DNA of 62,513 bases, the filler included, from Porpidia crustulata (lineage: Eukaryota): the NCBI GenBank assembly GCA_964255105.1. It is 5 parts of 5 records of this genome, joined end to end, with 100 filler letters (N's around TTAATTAATTAA, not from the genome) between each part and the next. Parts side by side here need not be neighbours in the genome. Positions count along the whole stretch, not along the records: positions 37,596 to 50,007 come from CAXUWE010000538.1; positions 50,108 to 62,513 come from CAXUWE010000539.1; 3 more parts are not named here. One strand, given 5' to 3'. Below are positions 37,596 through 50,506 of the stretch, in pieces. A program made the position numbers and the translations under genes. The first letter of the stretch is position 1. Every line of letters starts with the position of its first letter. Below the pieces are notes generated by a model. The model ran no database searches, was not told the DNA's origin, and saw only the letters and a list, made by a program, of their open reading frames with translations.

Positions 37596-39943
37596 GCCCT
37601 AGAACCCGCATTCAACATGTGACGGCCCCGAAGCGAATCTTCGGACCAACGGCGCCAACCCTCACTTGGCAGCGGCGTGGACGTCTCCCCCGCAGGTTCC
37701 GCGTCACTTCCGCTCGCCGAAGGAACGTCATCGGAGTCGTCTTGCTCGAAGCGCCTGCCATCGGGCTGGTCATTCGTATACTGCTGCCAGGACCTGCGGC
37801 CACGGGGTAGGTTGGTCCGTTCTGTGGTGCCTAGGCCGGTCTCCTCGCGCTCACCTGCTTCTCCCTCGTCACTTTTCCGACTCCCAGTCGCTCTACGTCT
37901 ATGTCCGTTACGCATTAGGTGCCTCAAATTCTTTATCGTTGGTTCAGCCCATTCGTGTTCCGGCTTCGCTACCCAAGCCTTCAGCTTATGTCTCTGCTTT
38001 ATCCCATCCTGTCGCTGAGCCAACGGTATTTCCTCTCTTCCTAGGCCCATCGCAAGGTCGTAAAAGCCCACCAACCGAGTAACAAACGAGAAAACCTCCA
38101 TTCTCTCCCGCTGTGTCGCTCGATCTTCCCCCCACGAAAGACGACTTCGAAGATTGATAATCCCGGGCTTGGTGGCGTTAAGAGCGGTCATTATGGCGCA
38201 CCAGTCTTTTCGTTGGGTGGCAACCGTAAGATACATCTCCATCGTTTTGACGTCAGAGTTTTCAAGGGTGTCGTTCATCATGTGCAAGAGCGCCTGGGCG
38301 TGCCCCACCGCGTTTAGATTATTCTTGTCACGAACACAGCAACTCATTGCGATTCTGAATGTCTTGGCCTGCACTGCGTCTTTTGCCAGACCGAGAGAGC
38401 CCATCTTCATCTCATTCACAAGCTCCACAGCAAGACGGCTGGCTCTTTGTACGCGTAGTAGACGTAGGTACATGTGGTAATTTTCCGAGTCTGGACTGAT
38501 TCTGTAGGAGCCGGTCGGGGAAGTTAGTAGGCCCCAGTAGTCTTGGGCGGGGCGAGTAGCGCGCATACGGAGGCAGGCGTCTATGGCGAGAGACAAGGTG
38601 TTACGGCCTGGACGGGCATAGGAAAGATTTGGGGAGCTGGGGAGAGGATTGAATTCACCGCCAGGAGCGTGATCCGATTCTGGATCATCATTCGAGGGCA
38701 AGACTGGAGGAGGCGGTTCAAGCTCAAGAGACACTGGATAGGTCAGATTTGAGCTCGTGGGAGCCTCGACTTGTTTTGGCTCTTCAGAATCGGGCCTGTC
38801 TTTGATGTCCTTCGCATATTTTATGCGGGCGGGGTCACCTAGGCGTGGAAGTTGACGTGGAAGCGCCATTGTCTGCTCCAGTAACGAAAGCACATCGTCA
38901 TAATCTTGCTCGCCGTAGCCCAGGAGAAGGAGCCTTCCTATCGCGCAAACTAGTTCCTCGTCCATAACAATATCACCAACTCGCCACCGCTGAATAATCT
39001 CATCCCACATTCTTCTTCCTTGTAAGACTGCTCGCTGCCGCTTCACGCTTTTCTCCTTAATCTCCGAATGCTCCTCTTTGGAATTGGCAAAAGACTCCTC
39101 CCAAGTTATAGTACGAATAGCATTCAAGATGGTAGTGAAAGTCGTATTATCCGGCGCAGCCCTGCCACGAGTTGGCAACTTCGCGGCAATGCCCCATAAA
39201 GCGTCTAGATCTTTGGCCAGAGCACATACTTTGATGACGGCGTTAGTGTGGATGATGCTGGGTTTGACAGGGCAGTTGTCAGCATACATGGAATGGTAGA
39301 TGATTATGGCGCGAGATACTGATGACGGGTAATGAGGATACCACGAAATACCTCGAAGTACAATGGTGTAGGTATGAGCATCAAGTATCTGGGCACGCTT
39401 CTTCATCTGTCAAGGTCCTTAGCTTCGCCAGAATCCTCGAGTGTATTGCTTAAGTACCTCGTTGTAGAGCTTCATCGCCTCGGCAACTCTGCCCTTGCTC
39501 ATTTGATAATCGATAAGATGATTCCAACTGACAGTACACTGCATTTTTGCGCTTGCTAGTCTCACAATCTCACATGCTTTCATGTGCTCATCCTGCCGTA
39601 GTAGACTGACAGTATGATCAGCTAATTTTATGGGATCCTTCAACCAGCGAAGTTCCAATCCCAGCGACGATTTCTTGAATGTTTGGTCCTTTCCTAAGTT
39701 TGGTTTCTCCCTTGTATAAGCTTGGATGGGCATCGAGGTATTCATTTGCCCCGACCCTTGCTGTGTAGCAGTGGCTGCCGTGGCGTATCTTCGTCGTTGC
39801 CATGGTGGCGTTAGGTGAAGAGGTGAATAGGATGACAGACGGCCAGGTGGCTTATGGATTCGATGAACATTCAACACATCGGAAAGGGCAGTCTGACCGC
39901 ATCGGCAAATCCTAGCATTACAGTTGAGCATCGATATGAGCAT
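37596..39943 (-). CDS. Pentatricopeptide-repeat (PPR) protein, probably mitochondrial, 3' truncated; exons 39943-39458, 39406-37596
   Basis: R/S-rich presequence-like N-terminus. PPR motifs VSWNHLIDYQMSKGRVAEAMKLYNE/MKKRAQILDAHTYTIVLRG and PDNTTFTTILNA. Confidence 0.85.
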
Positions 39944-40951
39944 GTGGCCGCAATTATGTCTATGAGGCCAACTCAGATTGTCGGTTCGGTGCGGCTCTGC
40001 TTAATCTTTTTTAAGCCCCAAGCTAACACAGACGTGCCAATGTACGTCTTGCCAGTACAGTAGCGTTGTTCGCGCCGTCGCGTCTATGTAGGCATGGTGT
40101 GCATCGACCGTCGGCAACGTGGGAAACTAACATCTATTCCCTACAGCGTGCTTTTTCCGGTTGTGACTTAGAGCTTCTCAGCTAAAGTAGCACGCAGTAG
40201 CTTTGTGTAACACTATCTAGGACCCTTCGAGTGTAGGCCATCTGATGGAGGCTAGATATGCATCGATGCTCCTGCACGTCCACCCCAGACTGCCGGTTCC
40301 CTTCCACGCCTCAGAAGCAGTTTTGAGTCTTCCAGTCATGTCCACATGGAGTAGAGTGCTCGTCTTGTGATTACGACAATAATCTATGTGGAAAATGTCA
40401 GGGATTATGGCAAATCTAATCTTGGCTATACAGTCTGACACTGGCAGTCCCTTAACAGGCTATGCTACAAAGCACGCACCAAGGACGTGCAAGCATACAA
40501 CGACGCCTGCCTTCGTTTGAGAACATGTTCTCTAATCTCCGGGTAGTAATGACTGAGAGAATGTGAAAACATGATAATGCCATCAAATCCACCTTGTATG
40601 CTTTTCGAGAACCAATGAAAAACATGGATGCCCAACTCGTAGGCGCCATTGGCACGAACAGCTGTGCATCTATCACGTATTTAAAGGTTACCGTCTGCCC
40701 GTGTTGATTAGAGGAAACATGATCAGAAGATTAGAAATCGTCATTCGTGTTGGCCGACCAAATGACAACACCAACAGCCACCACCAATCCCTATGCATCC
40801 AACTCCGTGATCTGTGAGCAGACAGCCACCATCATTACCAATTCCTCCACTCCCACCTTAATTTGCTTTTCGGGGATATCGTACGCTGAATATGAGGAAA
40901 GGGACACTTGACTATGATGAGCCGATCTATGATGTGTAGTGTCGAAGGTTA

Positions 40952-42393
40952 TCAGGATCTAGGACGTATCAGCGTCAGCGCTTGGTTCACTTTTCTGGGG
41001 GTGTGATGCTGTACGTACATTTGTTGACCCTGTCCGTAGGGGGAGTGGGGGTACGCTGTGTACACCTGACCGTTACCTTGTTGGTACATCTGGTCTACAC
41101 CGCCCGCGTATTGGGCAGGAACCTGACCCCCGGCAGGAGCATAACCGATGGGAGGCAGGTGAGGACGAGCACCGGGTGGATAGTTCTGCCCTGGTGGTGC
41201 CTGAGCAGGATCGTTGGGCTGCCCATCGATGGAGCCACCGCCATTAGAGCCACGCTGTCGCTCCTCGTCGGCCTTACGCTGGCTGTCTTCTTCCTTCTTA
41301 CGAGCTTTCCATTCCTTGCGGATCTCTTTGAATTCTATCATGTCCCAAGACGTATTAGTAAAAGTCCGCGCTAAAGGAAAACTAGCGTCCGCTGGGTGGC
41401 TCATAGTGCCAAAGCCAATGAACAAGGCTCATGTTGTGTAACCTCACTAACAACCCCAAGGCGGGTGTTGATGATCTAACCAAAAACGCGACTTTGCGAC
41501 AATCACAGTCAAAACGGAGTAACTGACCTTCAGGGGTACGCTTTTGCCCGTGCGATTGCATCGTGACATGCGCGTTGAGATGGTTTAACGTGCCGTAGGC
41601 TTTCTCACAGCCCTGCCATCCGCATTTATACATGCGTTCAATTTCTTCGTAGCGGCGACGGGGACGCTTGTGTTGCTGAGCACCTGGTATGGGGACAAAC
41701 GAGTAGACCTGAGACAGCGGGTGAGGATTCTGTGTACAAACTAAGTCACGTGAATGGTAATGTATGAACATGATGACAAACCTGGCCAGGGCGCGGTCCA
41801 GCAGTTGCCGCCGCTCCTGCAGCGGAGACTCCGCTACCGGGCGAGCTGTAGGGACCATTAGGCATTCCATGAGGATGTCCAGCGTACTGCTGTGGCCAGT
41901 GTGGTGGGTAGCCCGGAGGCGGAGGACCTTGGTACTGCATATCGTGATTCTGCTGCGCGTACGGCGAGTAAGGTGGATAGGTCGGACTCGACGCGGCTAT
42001 GGATGGATCTATAGGTACCTCGGGGTTAGATTTTACATGTGGGGGGTTATGATGGTTATTCTGGTGTCCATCTTGCAAGGACATGGACGGACTTGTTGCT
42101 TGGGCCATACTTCCTGTACCGGCGTGACCGTGCTGTTGAGCGTAGTGTTGACGCGCCAAGTATTCCGGGTTCAAGTTGGCTGAACGCGCCGAAGATGGAT
42201 TGACACCGTATTCGGAAGTTGAAGTCGTGGATGACGGGAAATTGGCTGGTCGCACTTCTTGTTGTGGTGTATACTGCGCAGCAGATGCTGGATCTACCGC
42301 AGTTGCTTAGGATCGATTCTCGTGGGCCAATGCCGGATGTGAACGTGTGGGCAAACCTGACTGCGAGTACTGGTCGGATGCACCTCTGTCCAT
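40952..42393 (-). CDS. con7: Con7-type C2H2 zinc-finger transcription factor; exons 42393-42357, 42293-41782, 41708-41528, 41334-~40952 (3' end uncertain)
   Basis: VYSFVPIPGAQQHKRPRRRYEEIERMYKCGWQGCEKAYGTLNHLNAHVTMQSHGQKRTPE/EFKEIRKEWKARKK is the Con7 signature. Start MDRGASDQYSQS. Confidence 0.9.
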
Positions 42394-45300
42394 CAAACTC
42401 CGCTGTCGCCATTGTTAGCCCATGCGCTTCGTTCCGCCCTCATCGTCGGCGATACTCACTGTATCACAGCACAGAACACGCCTTCTGGTTTGTCACGGTA
42501 AGCTCTTCAGCTAGTGATAGTCGAGGGAATAGTGAACTGTCAACACTCTGACAAGGACAACACTAGACCGCGCGACGGGCAGTGGAAGCTGAAGTAGCGA
42601 CGACTTTGAATTCTCAGGGACCTCGATAGCGTCCGTTCGACACTGAGAGCTTTCCCGGGTCGTCAAATCGACGGTGCTTCTTCCTGAGAAGGAAATGTGC
42701 GTTTTGGCACTTTGAAGGTGGAGTAAACAGACTAAGCTGGGCTAGACAGCTAGACTAGTTGCCCGATTGTGATAGTGCGGCAGGTCTTTTGATGACGGGG
42801 CCAGCAGCTAAGCTGGAGCGGTAGTACAAGTAGTGTAGTGCGGACAAGCTTGAGGCAAGTGAGGTTAAAGGATTCAAGAATTCTGGTTCTGGAGAGGCGG
42901 TGCTGAGCGGTACTACGATAGCGGCCCCAATAATAATCGAGGGGGGGGGAGAACAACTAAGTTTTCTTTGGTCTTTGAAGACGGGGTAGGAGCTACCTAG
43001 GATCGTCTGGCCGCCGCGTGAGGACTAGGATAATTTGCGTGGGCTTGATATGGAGGGTCTGTGACAGACTGGCACTGGTAGACTGGTCGTTCAAAGTGTC
43101 CTAGAGTCTTGGAGAATCTTAGGGTCGTAAGATTTGGTTTGGTTAGAAGTAGGTAATTGAAGTTTTCTCTGGCTCTGTTTACGTGCAAAGAGGTTGGGGT
43201 ACAACACACATGCAAACGCCCCCGGCCAGAACTTCAGCACCAAGAAAGCTTGTGCGTCCGGGGCGTCGTTACAGGATGTCAAGGAAGGATGCAATCGGGG
43301 CAAGGCGCACTGACTCGGGGCCAAGCACGGCGAGTCTGCGACTGGTAAACTGACGCGTTCCAACGGACTGCACTGGACTCAGACGGGACTCCAGACTGCA
43401 AAATTACGGTGAAGATTAAAGCCCTAATTAGTCCGCTAGTCCTTCGCGCTTGATGATGCACCCAGTAAGATTGTTGGTATTTGTTGGTTTGCTTTACGGT
43501 ACGGTAAAGCAAGGTATGTGGGTATATAGGTGCAAATTGAAACCCTGTCTCGACACTCAATCATCGATAGGGAGCAAGTCCGGCGCAATGTGTTCTATGC
43601 ACCGTGATGGCGAGGAAGGACTCTTTGTGGCTGATGACTCAGTGTATGCTATTTGATGTGGTATGAGTGTAGGTAGTCGGATGGTGGTTGGGGAGTTGGG
43701 GAGTCGGGAAAGATTCGGGCTGAGTTTGTTGTGCGCGGAGAAGGAACTCGAAATCGAAATCGCGGTCAAGAGGATCCTGCTGGGACGCTGCCCTCACATT
43801 GCAATGTCAGGCACACTCCACAGACACAACAAATACTGTCAACCCCAAGAGATCTCCTCATGTCTCCATGCTTCTGGAAAAGATATCCTCATTTGATATT
43901 GCACTTACCCTGTACCTTTAGGCAACCCTGACCTCCTTGAATCCCTGAATCTCCAGTTTCAAGACTAGGAAGCCTAGCGTTTCGACGACCTGAGAGATGG
44001 CGCAGACTATTCCATTCTGGACGAACACCGTTGGATCTTCCGTGACGCGCTTACTGCCCTTCCTTGTCCACGATCCACCTTCCCACGTGTGCAATGCTGT
44101 AGTCTGTAGATCTTGTTGATCGCACAGAATAGGCTTCGGACTCAATGCCGATGTCTGGAAACTGTCGAGAAGGGAGAATGATCGATGGAGGTTGGGGCAC
44201 TAAAAGGGCAAATATGGGGAATTGGGCGATATGGTGGTAAGAAAGCCCGTGATTCGGTGTTGTGATGACTTTGGTAAGATTACTGGGGCTGGTCGAAAGT
44301 GAGAATGACGGATGGTGACAGAAAGGGCTAGGGGCGGAGAGAAGACTAGCAGACACGGTGGGAGAATTACAGGGGAGTGAGAGATTCCATTGTTTTCAAG
44401 GGGGGGATTGATTATTAGCGTGATTATCTAGCGAGATCTCAAATCCGAACAACGTTTTGAGTTGCACACCGGCACTAACCTAAATTGTGATCTACGACTG
44501 TGGTTATATAAGCGACCAGGATGGCCGTTCGGGCTTCTCCTCGGCTCGCCTCCCGTGTTCGTGTTCGTGATCGTGATACCTGAGAGGGTAAACGTGAAGG
44601 GACATGTCCTTGGGCGGGAGAAGCTGGTACCAAGTGCTGGGATGGTTTGGGTGCGATCATGCGATAAGACACGCATGCAATGACATGCTGGAATGACTAG
44701 TGAGGCTGAGTTGTCGTAAACAGACTTGAAGGGATATCGCCATGCAGCTACGGAGTAGACGGGACGCATACAGGTCCTTTGAGCGATAGCCGACGTCTTC
44801 CCAAAAGATGAAGTTCGGGTATGAAAATAATCTCTACAATCAAAGGAGAAAGGAATTCACGTGAGACTAGGTAATCTGGAAAGACTGGCGCTACTACTCC
44901 TAGTCCTGACCACGGCAGATTGTCAATTCTCAATGATCCTTGGATGCCATGAATGTAGCAACCAATTATCAACAACCTCATGTTATCATTGTGCGGTACA
45001 TGGCGTCAGACTCAAGCAATGAGACTGCAGCGCCTCTAAATACCTTCTTCTTCGGACCTTCTCTAGCCGAGCAGTAATCATTTGCGCCCCCGCCGCCCAT
45101 CAATCCAAATATTCCAATACTCCAATATTCCAACAGCCCATGGATTTCCTTTCCACCCTTAATAAGCTAACGATAAATGCAGATAGGAAGCGGTGGGTTA
45201 ATTTCATCGACGGCAATTGCCTTGAGAGACAAATTTCACATGGGAAACGGAACAAGGAAGTCCAGAACGGCGAGGTGGTACGGTAGCACTCCAATCATAA

Positions 45301-48300
45301 ATCATAATTCATGTCGATGAACGATCTCAGGCGGGAAAGCGGGGCTATGGGTCGAAATCTGCTCGATTCGGCATATGATACCGGTGCGGAGCAGCGCTTT
45401 GACGAATTGTCTAAATTGCCAGCTGGACTCGATCTCTCAATCATGAGTCTTACCACTTGGCCAGACGTTCACACTCTCCTCGTTGGTCGACACAGTAATT
45501 GAAAGGGGGGGAGATGATGACCGCGTGATGTTGTGGATGAAGGATCTTGCCGCCTTGCTGACAGACTCGTACTTCGTTGTTGATTCATCGACAGCAGCAC
45601 GGGCTGTCAAAAAAAGTATCGATCAAACGAGTCATCCGGGTGTAGGGGAGCAAAGGGGGATCTCTCAATGGTTGATCCAGGCCTCAATGATACGGGATAC
45701 GTAATTGAAGAGAAGTCCTCTAGACGGCTTAACCAATGAACACGGTGAACTGTAGGCGCTTCCGGCAGGCTTCGTGCTCGCCATCAAGCTGATATGCACG
45801 CTGCACTGTAACATTGTTACTCTTGTTGCCATCCAGTGCTTTTCAAGGATCATCAATCAAAGGCTAGGCCTGCTGGGGTACATTCGTCCCACACGGCTGC
45901 CAAGGTCATCCCTCGAGGGCAAATTGGGAGAGTTGTCGGTTGTTCACCGGTTGAGAGTGTGATGACTGACGAGAAAGAAATTCTGAGAATCGAAGGACGG
46001 AAGCGATCGGAGATAAGCCGTTGTTCTCGCAATCGTATCTAGATACCTTATGATAGGGGACTCGTTGTACGTAATCAACAACTGTCATGTTCGGCCAGTT
46101 GGGATACAGTCCCGTGCTCAGAAACCAGTTCTGCTTTACAGATACGTCGAAGGAGACGTTAAAGTTATATCAAAAAATTCCTTGTACGACAGAAAGAAGT
46201 CTCGGCCGCTATTGCTAGCGGAACCATTGCCTTGGGATTGGGACTGCGGTTTTGCCTACGTGACTGATTTACTCTAGGTGAAGTTTTAGTGAGGCTCGCG
46301 TACCTGAAAGCACCGAACTGCGAAGCCTGAAAGCTCGAAACTCGGAGACCCAGGAGTCCTAAACACTGCCTAATTATCTATCACCCTATCTGCTCAAAGT
46401 AACGTCCGCAAACAACAGTAGGTGTTATGATGTACACTGGTGCTAAAACATATAAATACTTGCGTGCTGTTATTGTTGTTGTTATTATGACAAGTTATGA
46501 TAAGGTGACTTTGCTTTTTAGACATCACTCCTCATCAGTTTCCGTTGATGATGCAAATTCGTAGATTAGAGGGTTACGGAGTCGCGGTGGCTGGAGTGAA
46601 AAGACCTGCTCTCAAACTTACCTCTAGGTAGTTTATTCTAGTAAGGTATGTATGTAGGCAGGTATGTCGTCAAACTACCCACTCGCGCCATGTTCTCGCC
46701 ATTTGCATGTCATTCCTATTTCATATTGCGGCCCCCATACGCCACCTGCAGATTCCGGCGCTACTAACGAAGTACTTCTGACGAAAACTGCTGAGGCTGC
46801 CACCATACGTAATATATATGAGGAGAATGGAACGTGGCAGACACCAATTCGGTGGGCCGTGCCACTCAGACTAAGACAGACTTACTTACCAGAGTCTAAT
46901 TGCCTAATTCTCTTATTTTGATCTGATCCGGCCGTTGACGCACGGCCGGCCAGGCTGCTTCGCATGGGCATATGGAAGAAGCGACGGTCCCTATGTGCAT
47001 CATGTGTGCGAGCGGCGTTGTGGGTGCATTAGGACAGGCGGCTCGCTGTCGAGTCGAGTGCTTTCGGTCAGACCGACTCCTGAGATTGACCTGCTTTTCC
47101 ATCCCTCGCTCACTGCCCTTATTGGGCATGTTTTGGCTCACATTCCATCGATATTGACCGGAAATATGCAAGAAACCATTCATATTACTGTAGCTCCCAA
47201 GACTAACAGGCTGGTCACAATCACCTCTGCGGGTTCCATCACACATTCATACTCTTGGCAATCACAACGTTGTTCATCTACGTTCTCCATTGAACCCTTG
47301 CCAAAGGCTATACCTCATTAATCATCTCGTCTCCAAGAAGCGACATCGAGGACTAGGAGCTTCAATTTTAGTACTACGTATAGCTTAGTGCAAGTAGCAC
47401 AGTTTGATTATGATATTTCGACCCTTGTGATCCCTACGCAGCGTCACTAATGACACTGGCCGTTCGTTGACATCTTGACGATCAGCAGGCTCAACATTAG
47501 GTGTTGATGCTACTTTTTTCTCGAAGAAGAATCTACTTGATGGAGCCATCACAGTCATCTCCTTCTATCTTGACGAGCTATCAAGTAGCCATGTTGGGCT
47601 ATATCAAGCCTTCGACGTCGATGAAACATCAATATGTTTGATGTTAGATTTGCATGCCAGATCCAGCCGTGCCGTGGAGCAAATAGTCTACGTATGATGA
47701 ATGTTGTACCCACCGACTGTTTCATGTATCCAGTTTACCATCCGGGCAGGTGCTGCATTAGAAGATACCCTAACTATCATGGCTATCGGCTAGTACTCAT
47801 CTGCATCGTTGGCCGGACGTCTGCGGAGGTGATATAATTCCAGACTCTACTATTCTGAGAGAGATCGGAATTAATTTGGATCTTGATCACCGAATCAAAG
47901 TGCACGAATAACGCATCAAAGTAATGAAGATGCAAAACCATCGCGGCTTACAGCAAACCTCTGCTAAACAACCAAAGACATGATACTGTCTGTATGCTCA
48001 TTCGCTGAGGGGGACTTGGCTCCCACGATAGACTCGCGTTGTATCTGATCCGTGCAGCCTCAAATATGCCCGGAACAGGGTAGACTTTCACTGCGATCAC
48101 TACCAAGGAAGAAAGCCAAGGTTTTGGCGGAAAAGGGCAGCCAGCTCAGCAATACGGTCATCTCGAGATCTGTGGAGTAAAATCCTGTGCCACTGATCCA
48201 GTGACTGACGCTTATTGATATCAGTATCGACTTCTTCTGTCGTAGTAAAGATTTCGAGGTCTCCATTCTTGAGTTACAGGCATACGTTTCGATTACATTC

Positions 48301-50007
48301 CAAAACGCAAGTCACTGTCGAGGTAGAAGTGGGTATGGTAACCAGCCACTTGACTTCCTCGACACGACCTATTCAGACCGTTCCCTCGTCAATGAGTATT
48401 CATAGAGATCGGTAGAAAACATAGTGTCCAAGCAACCGCGCATCGTTTCTTATGTCGATCCATCTTTTAATTGTCAAGCAAGTCCAACATCTCCATTGCT
48501 CAGGAGGCCAAGCTCACACGTTCGAGCCATGGAAGCCTCGACACAGTGCAAAGACCCTTTCCTCGTCAAGTACCTACGTCGCATCAAGTCTCAAGGGGAA
48601 TGCTATCGACCGCTCCTTGCATCTTTACTTTTCGCAACCGTCGTTACTTATCGAGCGATATCGGATACATGGGTGCCAAACGTATGCTGCCTCCGAGGCC
48701 CTCTTGGCTTCCTAGTTCTGCTTGTGCGCAAAAGCAAAGTGATTCACATCCGAACGTAGATATTTGACTTGGCGGTTGCTATGTAATTTTACTACTTAGC
48801 TCACCATGACAATTGTACAAATGAATCAGTCAAGCGTTTGCCGACGATTGTCATATCTAATCTGTATTTCCAAAAGATAGTTTTCTAAGATATATAACAG
48901 GACAGCATATAAATCAGGTTGACTCAAAAGCGAAAGCCTTGCTTGAACTTTCATTGATCAGCCTACTTGCTCTCAATCCCAGAACATCCAAGCAGATAGT
49001 ACATCAGCTCCCATCCATTACGCAGTTGTGTCTCGTGCCAACCGATATTACACTTCCCCAACGCTGTTCATGTTATTTCAATAGATAACATTGCTGCTAA
49101 AATAAGTAATTATAGAGTTGCTCATGGTGTCTTCTTCTCTGTTATGTTGATACGTATTTCTCCTTGATGGCACATGTTGTCAACGACCCCATCTTGCCAA
49201 TACTTTTATCCCAAGATGCTAGAAGGTCGGTTGTACCTATATTTCGAATAACCCAGGTATCCCAATAGTAAGCATGTGCTTCGGTGATCGCAGAACCACA
49301 GGAGAACCCGAGAGAAATCTCGACGTGGAGAGGGCCTCTGTTAAAGGGATGTAGCCTTCACGAGGGCCACCATGGACTCGTCATGGAAATACTTTGGCCT
49401 TTGGCGAATGAACTTGATCCGTCATTGACCGAAGACGAGATTTCTAAGTGCAAAACGTTAGAATCCCTCAATCTCGTCTTTCCCAAGATGCCTATGTCCT
49501 GCTAGAAAAGTTGAAAGATATTCTGTCCAGTTCAAGTCTCGCCAAGAGGTCATGTAAACCTCTATTGGCCTTTTTCTCCCACTCCAATTTTTTACTATTT
49601 TGCATTCTTTCCCTCCACCACCCACCCCCCCTCCTCGAATAATCCTATCCCATCACCGTGTACGTCTTGAGGCCACCCAAATCACCAAAATCATCAAACC
49701 CATCCTCCATTCTCCAGGAATTCTACAAAAGCGACAGCGAGCGCGAGATATCGAAGAGAACGACACCGGAAAAAGAATCGACTGCAGTTTTCATCAAAAT
49801 CATTCCCAGGCCAAAAATGGAGAACCTCAATCCTCAGCCCCCTTTTCATCACAGGAGCAACACCTCTCGCGCACGCATCGGGTCTTCCAAAACCTCGGCC
49901 TGGCCAGCGAGCGCTCGATCGACGAAATCGAGGTGTGGCCAGGAAGATCGGTCTTTCATATCAACGGGTTGAGCTGGGGGGGAAAGGAAATTGCAAAGTG
50001 GATGCGC

Positions 50008-50107
50008 NNNNNNNNNNNNNNNNNNNNNNNNNNNNNNNNNNNNNNNNNNNNTTAATTAATTAANNNNNNNNNNNNNNNNNNNNNNNNNNNNNNNNNNNNN
50101 NNNNNNN
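50008..50107. other. Artificial contig-joining linker
   Basis: N44-TTAATTAATTAA-N44. Confidence 0.98.
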
Positions 50108-50506
50108 ATATTTGTATCTGAACTAAATGCACAAGCGATTCGTTCGAAATCGTGTTTCATCGTATCTATATATATACTCCCATCCCGATCCTCCAGAATC
50201 TAGCTAAATCATCACATCTCTTGTAGTTGTATCCCATCATACAGACGAAATGTCATACATACTCTGTACCAAAATCCGTGACAAGGTCATGCACACTCCA
50301 ATTGATGTATGCGCCGCATAGACTTTCCCACCCTCCCCTGGAATAAATCGAGAAGATCGAGAAAAAAAGAAGAAAAAAACGCCACGCTCGCTGATCCGAA
50401 GCGGCAGACCCAGGCGTTTCGTGGTGTACAATGTGGCCAGTCTATACCGATGTGAAATATTTGATTCGTTGCGTCATTTCTCGTAATGTTCGTGTCATAG
50501 ATTGGT

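Noticed and set aside
49848..50007. Possible 3' end of a minus-strand gene at the end of contig 4 (...WPHLDFVDRALAGQAEVLEDPMRAREVLLL*)
   Set aside because: Too short and unrecognised to support a call.
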